From positions 46,062 to 110,061 of IMG/VR virus record IMGVR_UViG_3300030333_002703: DNA of 64,000 bases; one strand, 5' to 3'. The position numbers and the translations under genes are program-made. Source of the stretch: a virus. Of the stretch, positions 51,419 to 61,557 are shown one piece after another (position 1 is the first letter of the stretch; each line of letters begins with the position of its first letter). The notes under the pieces were generated by a model. It had not been told where the DNA came from and did no database searches. It worked only from the letters and a program-made list of their open reading frames with translations.

Positions 51419-52342
51419 TCATTCCTCCTCATCATTGTTCATCAGTGGTGAATCGTGAGGAGTATATGAACGCGGCCCCCAACCGGGAACATGGGAACCA
51501 ACATTGTATTGGTTACTCCGCGTACCAACTGCAAAAGGACTGTCATTGTTCTGACCCCTTCGGCTTTCTCTCCACTGTTCCCACTTGGCATCTTCAATAG
51601 CATCGCGCTTACTACGTGACTCCTGTGCCACCTGTGTATCCTCCTCGGATAATGGTTCAGCACTGTAATAGATTTCCTTTGGGTAATCATCAAAGTATAG
51701 CAGGGTCGCAGGGCATAACCATCCCTTCAATTTCTTCCCTGCAATCGTTGTCTCATACCATCCTCTACTCAATGACTTGTTCCAGTTGGCTACCCATTGG
51801 TTAGCACCCCATGTGTCAACTGAATCTTCCCATGTGAAGTTCTCCCAATCATCTGTTGATTGGTCCTTCAAGTCATAGTCACGTTCATCCACATCATCAT
51901 ACCAAATGATGTCAAGGACATCCTGCCCATCCCAGTATTCAATACCCCAGATGAATCCTTCATTGTCACTTTCACCATCATTTATTGGGTGGTCTGCCCA
52001 GTCGACTGGCACACGCTCAATAGATTCATCATTCAATATAGATTGACCATCGACTTCATCGTATGTCTCAACTTCAGGTTCACTGTAATCATCCTCATAG
52101 GATGGTTCATTCACTTGCTTTGCTCGACACGAACCGGGAAATGGTTCTGCTGAAAACAGCAGTTTGATATCTCGGTCGTGGAACTTATCTCCGTACCGCT
52201 CAACAAGGTATGCATCAATCATCTCCGGTGCGCCGGACACAAATGCTTCCTTCTCAAGGGCTGTATCTTCATCATCGAATACCCAAGTACCACCGTATCG
52301 GTATGCTTGGATAATCATGATTTGGTTTTGTCTAACACTCAT
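51419..52342 (-). CDS. DUF6717-like protein with acidic insertion
   Basis: YRYGGTWVFDD...EAFVSGA..MID...FSAEPFPG and GWLCPATLLYF halves. Confidence 0.65.
   Translation of the reverse strand: MSVRQNQIMIIQAYRYGGTWVFDDEDTALEKEAFVSGAPEMIDAYLVERYGDKFHDRDIKLLFSAEPFPGSCRAKQVNEPSYEDDYSEPEVETYDEVDGQSILNDESIERVPVDWADHPINDGESDNEGFIWGIEYWDGQDVLDIIWYDDVDERDYDLKDQSTDDWENFTWEDSVDTWGANQWVANWNKSLSRGWYETTIAGKKLKGWLCPATLLYFDDYPKEIYYSAEPLSEEDTQVAQESRSKRDAIEDAKWEQWRESRRGQNNDSPFAVGTRSNQYNVGSHVPGWGPRSYTPHDSPLMNNDEEE
51439..51470 (-). promoter_or_regulatory. Conserved viral promoter, copy 4
   Basis: TCATCAGTGGTGA-N7-GGAGTATATGAA. Confidence 0.75.
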
Positions 52343-53277
52343 TCTTCTTCATCTCCATATAGTTCCATTTTGATTTGGGCCGCACATTCTCGTGCGCTGG
52401 AACCTCGACCAATGCTCATGCTTCCTTTCAATCCCATCATTCTATTGATGGACTCAAACACACTCAAATTGTTCACGCCATCCATGAGCAGACGAGCGCA
52501 GTAGTGGTTCTCAAAGGGCGTTCGACTAAATGCACTGTTGTCAAAGTCCGGCCCCCTGTAAATGATTCCCGTTGGGAATCCTGCAAGGCATGGTAGGATA
52601 TACCAACCGGCAGGTTCCTCATACCATATATCTCTGATGTTGAAACCTGCATCCACGAACCCATCATAGATATCGTGCCACAAGTTGTGCATCCTCACTT
52701 GGTGTTCACTTGCTTTCTCCACAAATGTATCCCAGTTCGTATTGTTGAACTCACCCATAGGGGTGAACCATCCATGTCCATCATCAGCATCACGGTACTT
52801 GTGTGCTTGCTCTTGCATTTCTTCCAACTGTTCTGCTGTTGGTTCTGTAATCCGTTCAGTACCTTCGGTACGCCGCTTGGCTACGGCAAACAGATTGAGG
52901 TTCTTGACATCCACGATGTCACCATCCTCCTCCTTCACCGCAAAGAATACCACACGGTCTTGACCTTCTTCAGGCATATTCTCTCGCATCCATAGTTGTG
53001 TCAATGGTTGGTGTTCAGGTCCGTATTGGCGAATAGGAACTAGTTCCACTTCGTTTTCCAGATTCACACACACAACCTCAAAGTCACTGTATTCTCTGTA
53101 TGCTCTATCCAACACCCAATCGTCAGGCAGGAACGTGTAGTATTCAGTACTGTACTGACCATGCCCGTTCCCATCTTCCAACCATGTATCAAGGTCATCT
53201 TTATCTTCACCTGTTAGTGATAACAGATGTGCTTTCATTTCATCTCCATTCATCCTATCAACTCCGTATATCCACAT
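52339..53277 (-). CDS. Hypothetical acidic protein
   Basis: 312-aa ORF, ATGA-coupled downstream. Start uncertain. Confidence 0.6.
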   Translation of the reverse strand: MWIYGVDRMNGDEMKAHLLSLTGEDKDDLDTWLEDGNGHGQYSTEYYTFLPDDWVLDRAYREYSDFEVVCVNLENEVELVPIRQYGPEHQPLTQLWMRENMPEEGQDRVVFFAVKEEDGDIVDVKNLNLFAVAKRRTEGTERITEPTAEQLEEMQEQAHKYRDADDGHGWFTPMGEFNNTNWDTFVEKASEHQVRMHNLWHDIYDGFVDAGFNIRDIWYEEPAGWYILPCLAGFPTGIIYRGPDFDNSAFSRTPFENHYCARLLMDGVNNLSVFESINRMMGLKGSMSIGRGSSARECAAQIKMELYGDEEE

Positions 53278-53365
53278 AGTTCACAAGCATACTTTCCGTA
53301 TGTCTTGCGACCACGTACAAAGTAGTCAACCATCTTGAACCCATCCTGTTTGCAGGATGGACACT

Positions 53366-54121
53366 TCAAGCGACGTCCACCCCTGCTGCTAGTAGTGCAT
53401 CAATGATGTCGTCTTTGCGGCCCCACTTGTCAATCACAGTATCAGTGATGTCTGCAAGATGCACCAATTCTGCTTTGGTCATTGCCTTCAATGGTGCGCG
53501 GGCTGCTTCGTACATCTCCAAGACCTTGGCATTGAATGCTGATGGGTCTCCGTTGAAGTGACTGATTGTTGCTGTCACAACTTCCTCATCAGTTGGTGGG
53601 GTTTGGTCAGGCACGTTGATGACCTGTAGTAGTGCATCCACCTTCGCTGTCAATTCCGCAACCTCAATATGCAATCCTGCATTCAAGTCACGTAGTTCCT
53701 GAATTTCTTCTTGAGTATCTTGAACAGTTTGAACATCCATCCTGACCCATTCCATGATTTCGTTATACTCACGGCGAGTGAGTAGTCTCCACTCATTGTT
53801 GTGGTTGTTGAGATGGTATGCACCTCGCTTCATGATGTGCGCTCCGGCCTCATCCATCTCACCGCATCCTTCATAGATGTAGTTGGTGATTGCACTATAG
53901 ACATCGGACTCAATATCAATGTAGTCGCTAAGGTCAATGTATGACAATGCACTTTCAACATCGTCACTGACATCATAATAGTCACTAAAGTTGATGTTAT
54001 TCAACGCATCATGTACGGTGCTCTCAATATCTTCTACTGTCAAGTTTGATTCCTCGTGGGCCGACAGTGCATCCTCCACTGCCGACTCCACGATTTCTCG
54101 TACTGTATCTTCTAAACTCAT
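53366..54121 (-). CDS. Highly acidic repeat protein with C-terminal HeH/Rho-N-like motif
   Basis: D/E-rich repeats, LKAMTKAELVHLA...KDDIIDALL. Confidence 0.65.
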   Translation of the reverse strand: MSLEDTVREIVESAVEDALSAHEESNLTVEDIESTVHDALNNINFSDYYDVSDDVESALSYIDLSDYIDIESDVYSAITNYIYEGCGEMDEAGAHIMKRGAYHLNNHNNEWRLLTRREYNEIMEWVRMDVQTVQDTQEEIQELRDLNAGLHIEVAELTAKVDALLQVINVPDQTPPTDEEVVTATISHFNGDPSAFNAKVLEMYEAARAPLKAMTKAELVHLADITDTVIDKWGRKDDIIDALLAAGVDVA

Positions 54122-54990
54122 TCGTTCCCCTCCTGTGTTTCTTCTTCGACGCCTTCCACAATCTCTGCGGTCTGTGCATCTTGTTCATCCCGTAGGGCAA
54201 TCGCCTTTGGAATGAGGTCACGTAGTGCTGATTCATCAGTGCCGATGACACGAATGATTTCCACTGCGTGTTCTTCAGTTGTCATTGGTCGTGGTGTTCC
54301 GACCTCCACAATCTTCTCAACCTCAACCTGTGTTTCCACGACGATTGGTTCCTGTAGTGGTGCAATTGCATTGACTACACCCATGATGCGGTTGTACTCA
54401 TCCTGTGTCAAGATGACACTGCCGATTCCTTCACGGCGTCGGCTGCTGAATGTTTCCAGTTCCATGTTCAAGGTGCGTTCAACACCTCGACCCACTGCAC
54501 GTTCTACATCTCCACATCCATTATGCATGAACTCCACTAGGGACTGTCCCACTTGGTCATGGACATTGATGTACTCTGCTACATCAGATGCAATGCTGTC
54601 ATGGTCGAGATTCTGCTCGACTCGTTCAGCCACATCATACCAGCATACATAGTCGCCAATGTCAAACCAGTTGCCCATCCAATCGCTGATGGTATCTTCA
54701 ATACCCAAATCGTCTAGGTCTACGTTGCCATTGCTAATGTATGCACGGATGGCTGATACAATCAGTTCATTGACTGCTCCGCCATCGTCATTGTCTGTCT
54801 TCATCTTCTCCATCAGTGCTGCGAACGTCTCATCATTGAGGTCCACTGTGGCTACATTAGCGCTGGGCTGTGCATCCTTCACGATGGTCTGAACATAGTC
54901 AGACAATGCAACTTGTAGTGCTGCTCGCTTGCTTGGTTCGTCGTTGGTCGATGTGACCGGCTCTGTTGTGTTTGTTTCGCTATCGCTCAT
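54118..54990 (-). CDS. Highly acidic repeat protein, paralogue of its neighbour
   Basis: Shares GCG[ED] and LT..EYN.IM with 53366-54121. Confidence 0.65.
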   Translation of the reverse strand: MSDSETNTTEPVTSTNDEPSKRAALQVALSDYVQTIVKDAQPSANVATVDLNDETFAALMEKMKTDNDDGGAVNELIVSAIRAYISNGNVDLDDLGIEDTISDWMGNWFDIGDYVCWYDVAERVEQNLDHDSIASDVAEYINVHDQVGQSLVEFMHNGCGDVERAVGRGVERTLNMELETFSSRRREGIGSVILTQDEYNRIMGVVNAIAPLQEPIVVETQVEVEKIVEVGTPRPMTTEEHAVEIIRVIGTDESALRDLIPKAIALRDEQDAQTAEIVEGVEEETQEGNE

Positions 54991-55358
54991 TCTTCTTCAC
55001 TTCCTTTTGTTTTGTTTTCTTCTGTCTTTAGTTCCGTAACACCTGCTTCGTATCGTCGTCGCTTAATGTCCTTGGAAATTGCTTGTTGTATTAGGTCTAG
55101 TAGACCGCTGCGGTATCCAGCATTGTTCTGAATGTAAATGCAAGGTCGGTCCAACCATACCTTCCACTTGTCAATGCAGTAACCTGCTGTTACCATATCC
55201 CCATCCTCATTCTCAATTGCATAGTCAGGGTGTTCATCTCTGTATATCGCTGAACGCCAAACCGAATACGGTGTTCCAAAATGCACTTGACAAAATGCAT
55301 CAAGAACCGTGGCAATGGTTCGACGGTCAATCGGACATTCAATATCATCGTTGTTCAT
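54987..55358 (-). CDS. Hypothetical protein
   Basis: ATG 55358 lies just downstream of a conserved promoter. Confidence 0.6.
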   Translation of the reverse strand: MNNDDIECPIDRRTIATVLDAFCQVHFGTPYSVWRSAIYRDEHPDYAIENEDGDMVTAGYCIDKWKVWLDRPCIYIQNNAGYRSGLLDLIQQAISKDIKRRRYEAGVTELKTEENKTKGSEEE

Positions 55359-55366
55359 TGTATCAA

Positions 55367-55398
55367 CCACCGTTGGTGGAATGGGAGGAGTATATGAA
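55367..55398 (-). promoter_or_regulatory. Conserved viral promoter, copy 5
   Basis: CCACCGTTGGTGG-AATGGGA-GGAGTATATGAA. Confidence 0.85.
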
Positions 55399-55428
55399 TC
55401 CGGTTCATTTCCATTCGTGTATGTGTAT

Positions 55429-55611
55429 TCATTCTTCCTCACCTGACATCCTTTTCAAATCTTCTAATTGAGTTTCATAGTATGCAATGACTTCGTGCAA
55501 GGCACGACGGACTGTATCAATCCGAACCCATTCACCTGCGTGTATCTTAGTTTCCATATTGTCAATGATAATGTCAGTAACATTTCGTGCTGTTTTATCT
55601 GCGTCACTCAT
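55429..55611 (-). CDS. Hypothetical protein
   Basis: 60 aa, ATGA-coupled. Confidence 0.5.
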   Translation of the reverse strand: MSDADKTARNVTDIIIDNMETKIHAGEWVRIDTVRRALHEVIAYYETQLEDLKRMSGEEE

Positions 55612-55784
55612 TCTTCATCATCTCCTAGTGTATCTGCTGGCGTGAAATGGCTAATGCCTGAACCATGTGGTGGCAACTTACCTGTCTTAAGCCAGAACTT
55701 CTGTGCCAAGAACTCGGGTGCGGTATAGAATCCATCACTCCGTAGGAATGCTCTCCACTCTTCTATCGTTGCTACTTCAGTCAT
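55608..55784 (-). CDS. Hypothetical protein, 58 aa
   Basis: Translated by hand: MTEVATIEEWRAFLRSDG...GDDEE. Coupled. Confidence 0.5.
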   Translation of the reverse strand: MTEVATIEEWRAFLRSDGFYTAPEFLAQKFWLKTGKLPPHGSGISHFTPADTLGDDEE

Positions 55785-56081
55785 TCTTCACCGCCTCCTT
55801 CTAATGACACAATCAATCCACGTAGTGTGTCTTGTGCCTTGTCATAATTCTCATCCATGATATGCTGTATTGCTATACTTGCCAATCCGATGATGGCTTG
55901 CTCTCTCATTTGTTGTACTGCTATGTCAAATGGAGTCATTTCTTACCACCTTTCTTTTTCTTATCTTCGCTTGGTTGTAGAGGTCTTGGGGCCGCTGTGC
56001 CTTTCAAGACCTTACGTACTTTCAACATACCCTTCTTGTCATAGAAGTATTCGTTCTCAAACGCTGCTGCTTCTCTTGCTC

Positions 56082-56324
56082 TCATTCTTCTTCCTCCTTT
56101 CCATATTTTGCACAGGCCGCATCAATGATGGCCTGTTGTTTGTCAGTATCAAACTGACTGATGTTAAACTCTGTAAACTGTTTGAACTTATTTTCCATGT
56201 ATGCTTGCCGATGACCGGGTTCATCATAGATGTCCTCGATGCCAAACACATCAGCACAAAACTGTTTGAGCGTAGTGTTCCGTGTGTACCAGAACAACCA
56301 GTTCAATTCCTCAACTGTAATCAT
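56082..56324 (-). CDS. Hypothetical protein
   Basis: 80 aa, GGAGG SD. Confidence 0.55.
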   Translation of the reverse strand: MITVEELNWLFWYTRNTTLKQFCADVFGIEDIYDEPGHRQAYMENKFKQFTEFNISQFDTDKQQAIIDAACAKYGKEEEE

Positions 56325-56656
56325 TTGGTCGCCTCCTTGTCATCGTCTTTCTGTTCAAGCCATGCTTGAAACTCCTCATGTATTTTGTTCATCTCACGGA
56401 TGGCTTCTAGTTCATTCCTCACGATGTCAGCGATAATCCTAATCACTGTTGCCTCGTGTGGTTGGTCACGTTCAGCAAAGTCAATTGCCACGTCACCGTT
56501 TTCCAATAGGTCACAAATCTCTAGCATATAGCGTTCAAAGTCACCTAAACTTTCTTCATATTCATTCATTTTCATTCTCTCCTTATATTTGTTGTATTCA
56601 TTGATGTCCACTGACATCTTAATGCCGGTCTTGGTCATAGGAATACACCTACCCAT
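56321..56656 (-). CDS. Hypothetical protein
   Basis: Helical ORF, start uncertain. Confidence 0.5.
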   Translation of the reverse strand: MGRCIPMTKTGIKMSVDINEYNKYKERMKMNEYEESLGDFERYMLEICDLLENGDVAIDFAERDQPHEATVIRIIADIVRNELEAIREMNKIHEEFQAWLEQKDDDKEATK

Positions 56657-56733
56657 TTCAAAAATCGAATCAATCGACCCGGCATTCCCTCTGTATCATA
56701 TCCATTCCATTCATCATCATCCATTGTGTTCAA

Positions 56734-56768
56734 CCACCAACGGTGGTGTAACGTGAGGAGGATATAAA
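56734..56768 (-). promoter_or_regulatory. Conserved viral promoter, copy 6
   Basis: CCACCAACGGTGG-N10-GGAGGATATAAA. Confidence 0.8.
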
Positions 56769-56777
56769 AGACCGAAA

Positions 56778-57026
56778 TTATTCGTCACGGCCCAATACTT
56801 CATCACTGGTTACGTGTAAATCTCCTAACACCCAGCGTAGCGCGTTAATCACGCCTTGAAGTGCTTTGTAATTTCTCATGTGCTTTATCTTCAACTTCTT
56901 ACTCTTGGCTCGTTGCATGAGCATGAAGTGCTTATTCTGCTCACGTTCAGCCGCATCTAGCATATTTAGAATATCATTCCAGTCCTTATCGTAGGCAAAG
57001 TTCTCACTATCTTGGTGGTCATTCAT
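56778..57026 (-). CDS. Hypothetical helical protein
   Basis: 82 aa, RNYKALQGVINALRWVLG, GGAG SD. Confidence 0.6.
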   Translation of the reverse strand: MNDHQDSENFAYDKDWNDILNMLDAAEREQNKHFMLMQRAKSKKLKIKHMRNYKALQGVINALRWVLGDLHVTSDEVLGRDE

Positions 57027-57140
57027 TCTTATCTCTCCTATTACGTCTGTACATCAGGTATAGCACAGTTGTCCAGAAGCCTAGTTCAAGTAGGCTCGCA
57101 ATTGCGCCTCCCATCAACAAGGTTGATGATAGTTCCCCTG

Positions 57141-57521
57141 TCATGCTCGCCACACCTGCGGTAGATATTCACCTGTCGTAGGTTGGTAGTGCTGTAGTAT
57201 GAGTGTCAGGTATGCTCCAGTATCTTCCACATACTGCTTCACTCTTGCTGTGTGTTGCATATCATCCCATTCCCTAATGAATGCTATAGTCATCGGGGTG
57301 AACCCCTCAACGTATAGTTCCATGTGTGGTTCCCAATGCTCATAGAGCCACGCCTGACATATGCTACGCATCCAACTGTAGTCAGACATCTTATCATCAG
57401 GTATTGTGTTGGCACGTTGCTGTCCCTTTGCATTCGTCTTCCTGATGAAGTTAACCCCGTCTTCAGGGAACACTATGTGTTCCGCAGGTGATGGGTGTCT
57501 TCCAAACAATGCTATCTTCAT
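57141..57521 (-). CDS. Hypothetical protein
   Basis: 126 aa, GGAGG SD, coupled. Confidence 0.6.
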   Translation of the reverse strand: MKIALFGRHPSPAEHIVFPEDGVNFIRKTNAKGQQRANTIPDDKMSDYSWMRSICQAWLYEHWEPHMELYVEGFTPMTIAFIREWDDMQHTARVKQYVEDTGAYLTLILQHYQPTTGEYLPQVWRA

Positions 57522-57706
57522 GCCTTAATCCTCCTTCGTGTGTATAGTCGTAATGCAAGGCGGGGTGGGTCAGAACTTAAGTTCACAATTTTGAACTCAT
57601 AGTCATCACCGAAGTGCCGCTCTAGCATACCCTTCATGATGTTGTGTCCTACACGAGCATGAGGACCAAGGCCTGTATCCATTTTCTCCCAACCTTCCAA
57701 ATCCAT
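57518..57706 (-). CDS. Hypothetical protein
   Basis: 62 aa, coupled at both ends. Confidence 0.5.
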   Translation of the reverse strand: MDLEGWEKMDTGLGPHARVGHNIMKGMLERHFGDDYEFKIVNLSSDPPRLALRLYTRRRIKA

Positions 57707-58260
57707 TAGGCCTCACCTACGTGTATAGCATAAGTGGTTCGACCCACTTGGTATGTGTAGTAGTCCATCTCTAGTTGTTGTCCGACCCAATCCCAATCAA
57801 TCGTGCTGGTAATCCAACTAGGCAATGCGTTAAGTTCTGTGTAGTAAATGTCCTCGCACATCTCCTGCGCCCACTCACTACGACAGTCGTATGATACCAT
57901 AGCATCTCTCACCTGCATGATGCGGTCAGCATCATAGCATCCACCACTAAATGAATGCAGCAAGGCTGCAGCATATACGTACTCCTCATCCTCATCAACC
58001 AATCGCATGAGTTCAATCAAGTCCCAGATGTCTGGGTTTTCACCCAGCACTAGACCATGCATATCATAGTCATGGATGGCCCACTCATCGTGGTCATCAT
58101 GTGGGCATAGGATTCTCTTGCCATCGTCATCGGACCAGTCATGGTCCCATGCTACTTCTAATTCATCGGCGGTCATCCACTGACCATTCAACTTCCCTTC
58201 GACATAGCATGACAGACACGCTACATACACTCTACTCTCTTTCATTTCATTCTTCATCAT
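57706..58260 (-). CDS. ardA: ArdA-family antirestriction (DNA mimic) protein
   Basis: RVYVACLSCY..GKLNGQW, EWAIHDYD, LGE, IDW..VG..LEMD, acidic composition. Confidence 0.85.
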   Translation of the reverse strand: MMKNEMKESRVYVACLSCYVEGKLNGQWMTADELEVAWDHDWSDDDGKRILCPHDDHDEWAIHDYDMHGLVLGENPDIWDLIELMRLVDEDEEYVYAAALLHSFSGGCYDADRIMQVRDAMVSYDCRSEWAQEMCEDIYYTELNALPSWITSTIDWDWVGQQLEMDYYTYQVGRTTYAIHVGEA

Positions 58261-58471
58261 CGTTCATCACCTCTACAAAATAGTCAACTTGTTTTACTGG
58301 GCATTCTTTTTCACACGCATAACGCATGATAACCATATCAGTTAAATGCATACACCAGTCAACCAATCTCATTGGCGCATCACATACACTACAACAGACG
58401 AATGGTTCGCCTCTCGATAGTATGTAATGTGCATTGTCTAGTATCTCAACCTCTTCATGTTCTTCCATCAT
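58247..58471 (-). CDS. Small Zn-finger protein
   Basis: CSVC...CEKEC. Confidence 0.5.
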   Translation of the reverse strand: MMEEHEEVEILDNAHYILSRGEPFVCCSVCDAPMRLVDWCMHLTDMVIMRYACEKECPVKQVDYFVEVMNDDEE

Positions 58472-58693
58472 TCATTCCTCCTTTACGTTTGGTTTCACTA
58501 TACATTCGTACACTGTCTCATAGGTTGGTACGTCGTCGTCATCCACATACCATACTTCAGTTCCATTCAAGTCAGCGCCTCCGCTATCCAATTGATAGAA
58601 TCCCCATACATCGTTGCCGTTGTTGTCAGGGTCTTGACCATACACAACTTCGACTACCATTTCATCATAGTAGTATACTGCTCTTCGCATCAT
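58472..58693 (-). CDS. Small acidic protein
   Basis: 73 aa, GGAGG SD. Confidence 0.5.
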   Translation of the reverse strand: MMRRAVYYYDEMVVEVVYGQDPDNNGNDVWGFYQLDSGGADLNGTEVWYVDDDDVPTYETVYECIVKPNVKEE

Positions 58694-58848
58694 TCATTCC
58701 TCCTGTATTGTTTTCCTCAAGAACTTCAACACTATAGTTGCTGTTGGTATCCTTCCCGATTGTTCAATGATATTATCCAACGCCCACTTGATTTCTTTTT
58801 CCGTGTAACTATAGTTCGGGTTCAATTCGGGCCATTCATATTTAGCCA

Positions 58849-61218
58849 TCATTCATTCCTCCATCCATTGTCGGCCTTGAGTCGTGCCAGTAGGTCAGCG
58901 ACAATCGCTCCTTCGGCACGGCGTTCATCGTCACCATCCATCGCCGCCTTGACGACAGCGGCCTTGGCCTTGACCACTGCATCGAACTTGGCATCAATAG
59001 AGTTCGGTACGGATAGGAATACCTGACGACAGAAGGATGACTGTTGTCCGATACGTCGAATCCGATGTGCTGCTTGTGATTCCCAACCGGGAACCCACTC
59101 ACGCTCCACGAATACTACAGTGTCTGCATTGGTCAGTGTGATACCTTCCTTCGCCGCCACTGTTGCACATAGTAGTATGTCGATGTCACCGTTTTGGAAC
59201 TCATCAACAATTCGTGTGCGTTCTTGTGCTGATACTCCACCACGAATGATACCATAAGTCACATCAGTTAGATGTGGTATCATGGCCTCCATCACATCTC
59301 TATGATGAGTGAACACCACAATCTGTTTGCCAGTTTGTTGCACGTAATCAAGAACATAGTTCGCTGCGAATGTCGTCTTCAAACGACCACACTCATGGCG
59401 TAGGTCTGTCAGCATATTGAGAACGAATCCCGGTGGCATGGGTGGATGGTCAAGGTAGTACTCATACTGTTCCTGCCATTGGTGCAAACATTCCTGATAG
59501 GAATGCCATGCGTTGTCATCCAATTCCACTGGAACATACTGTTCCACAAGGTCTGGCATCTCCGGCATCACCTCGGTTAGCAACCGACGAACCATGAAGT
59601 CACGCGCTCGCTCATTCAATTCAGATAGATTGGATGCACCATCAGTCTTCCAACCGAATCGTGTTTGCTTTGCATCACAGTATCGCTTAGCATACGACCA
59701 CCAATTACTGAATTGGTGTGGTCGCAACAGATTCAACTGTGTAAAGAACTCCGCAGGTCGATTGGTGATTGGTGTTCCCGTCAAACAAATCAGTCCTTTG
59801 GACTGCTGTGCCACAGCAATACACGCCTCGGTTCGTTGTGCCTTGGGGTTCTTGATGTAGTGTGATTCATCCATGATGACAAGATTGTATCCTTCGGATA
59901 ACAGTTCGTCTTGTTTCTTCGCCATCAAATCATAATTGATTACAGTGTAATCAGCACCTTCCAATTCGGACTTGCCATTCTTGACCACACATACAGATGC
60001 ATCTGGAACCCACTTGTTAATCTCATTGGCCCAATTGTATTTGACATTGGCAGGTGCTACCACCAACACTGGCCACTGTTCAGGATGCAACACACTGTAT
60101 GCTATCGCTTGGATTGTCTTACCAATCCCCATCTCATCACCAATCATGGCACGACCATTCGCTGCTTCACAGAATGCTACGCCCACATACTGGAATGGAT
60201 ACAGTGACAAACCATCAGGGAACTTCCCATCCAATCGTTCAACGATTGAGTCCACCATTTCCTCCGGTGCTGATGCTGCTTGGGACAGGGTAACACGTTC
60301 TATAGACATATCCAATTCACTGGCAATCTCTGGAATCCGTAGGATTGCATCGGACAATTCCTTGCAGTGTGGTCGAATGAAATCAGCAACACGAGCCGCT
60401 TGAGATAGTGGCACACGCCATACCTTCTGTTCCATATCGAACTTCCAATTATCAACCTGCTTGATAGCCGCACGGATGTCAGCATTGTTATTTCGGAACG
60501 GCCAATGCAGTTCCACTGCATCAATGTTCAGTGTTGCTTTGTATCGTGAGTCAATCTTGGCCTCGGTATCATTTGTAAGTGTTGTCTTACTTGTGTCATC
60601 AACAATAGATGCGATGGTGTCATCCAACATCAAGGTGTGAGTGAAGTCAATGTCATACTCCTTGAGTATGGCAACGGTTTGTTCGATGACCTCCGGTTTG
60701 TCTTGGATGCTCCATGCACCAGACAAGTCATCGCCACCTGTCCATCCGCTAATCTTATCCTGCGAATCGAACTTGACCGCAGGGAATCCCAAGGTCTCGC
60801 GCAACTTGTTGTTTGCCTCTTGGTCAAACCAACCAAGCAAAGCGATGCGAGGTCCGAAGTTATCTTCGTATCGAATCACTGACAACTTCAATGCTTGTCG
60901 TGTAGCCCACATGATTTTGGCATTCACCTTGAACCCATTGGCATCACCAATGGATGGTAGTTGTGTCTCCGCGAACTTGTATAGAATGTAGGCGGCCTGC
61001 TTCGCATCCTCCTTTGTAAGCACATCCTTACTTGCCAAGTCGTTGCCTTGTTCCCATGTATCTTTACACCATCCGGTGTCATCATGCTGGGTAGGCGCAC
61101 CAAGACCTGACATCACTTTGCATAGTGTATGCAACTGGTCATTCGTCAATGGTGCGACAACCTCATCTTCAATATCTTTATCATTTGTATTCATGTTTAT
61201 CCAACTCATTTCTTTCAC
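58849..61218 (-). CDS. SNF2-family (HARP/SMARCAL1-like) helicase
   Basis: LYPFQ, GDEMGIGKT, MDESH, LTGTP, EGITLT, QAAHRIRRIGQ. Confidence 0.92.
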   Translation of the reverse strand: MKEMSWINMNTNDKDIEDEVVAPLTNDQLHTLCKVMSGLGAPTQHDDTGWCKDTWEQGNDLASKDVLTKEDAKQAAYILYKFAETQLPSIGDANGFKVNAKIMWATRQALKLSVIRYEDNFGPRIALLGWFDQEANNKLRETLGFPAVKFDSQDKISGWTGGDDLSGAWSIQDKPEVIEQTVAILKEYDIDFTHTLMLDDTIASIVDDTSKTTLTNDTEAKIDSRYKATLNIDAVELHWPFRNNNADIRAAIKQVDNWKFDMEQKVWRVPLSQAARVADFIRPHCKELSDAILRIPEIASELDMSIERVTLSQAASAPEEMVDSIVERLDGKFPDGLSLYPFQYVGVAFCEAANGRAMIGDEMGIGKTIQAIAYSVLHPEQWPVLVVAPANVKYNWANEINKWVPDASVCVVKNGKSELEGADYTVINYDLMAKKQDELLSEGYNLVIMDESHYIKNPKAQRTEACIAVAQQSKGLICLTGTPITNRPAEFFTQLNLLRPHQFSNWWSYAKRYCDAKQTRFGWKTDGASNLSELNERARDFMVRRLLTEVMPEMPDLVEQYVPVELDDNAWHSYQECLHQWQEQYEYYLDHPPMPPGFVLNMLTDLRHECGRLKTTFAANYVLDYVQQTGKQIVVFTHHRDVMEAMIPHLTDVTYGIIRGGVSAQERTRIVDEFQNGDIDILLCATVAAKEGITLTNADTVVFVEREWVPGWESQAAHRIRRIGQQSSFCRQVFLSVPNSIDAKFDAVVKAKAAVVKAAMDGDDERRAEGAIVADLLARLKADNGWRNE

Positions 61219-61526
61219 GCTCCTAGTAATGACATAATTCCACCAGTTCTGGTGGGTGGCTTGTCATCGGTAGCCACTGGTGCTGTCCAATCCATGATTG
61301 ATACAGACTTTTTCTTTGGTGCAACAACCTTTGGTTGTGGTACGAACCCAACCTCATCCAATGTCAATTGAATCATACAGTCATTCCAACTGCAACGCTG
61401 ACTTGTGCAATTCACTAGCACTTCGTATCGACCACGAGTCCAATTGTGGTTGGCTCCCCAATCTTGAAGGATACGATTGACGGTTTTCGGCCCACCGCAT
61501 CCTGAACATTTCGGTATATCAAACAT
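61215..61526 (-). CDS. Zn-finger protein with SIMDW motif
   Basis: CSGC...CTSQRC. ATG 61526 sits at the predicted leaderless start of a conserved promoter. Confidence 0.6.
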   Translation of the reverse strand: MFDIPKCSGCGGPKTVNRILQDWGANHNWTRGRYEVLVNCTSQRCSWNDCMIQLTLDEVGFVPQPKVVAPKKKSVSIMDWTAPVATDDKPPTRTGGIMSLLGA

Positions 61527-61557
61527 CAACGAAGTTGATAATGAAGGAGTATATGAA
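61526..61557 (-). promoter_or_regulatory. Conserved viral promoter, copy 7
   Basis: TCAACGAAGTTGA-N7-GGAGTATATGAA. Confidence 0.8.
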
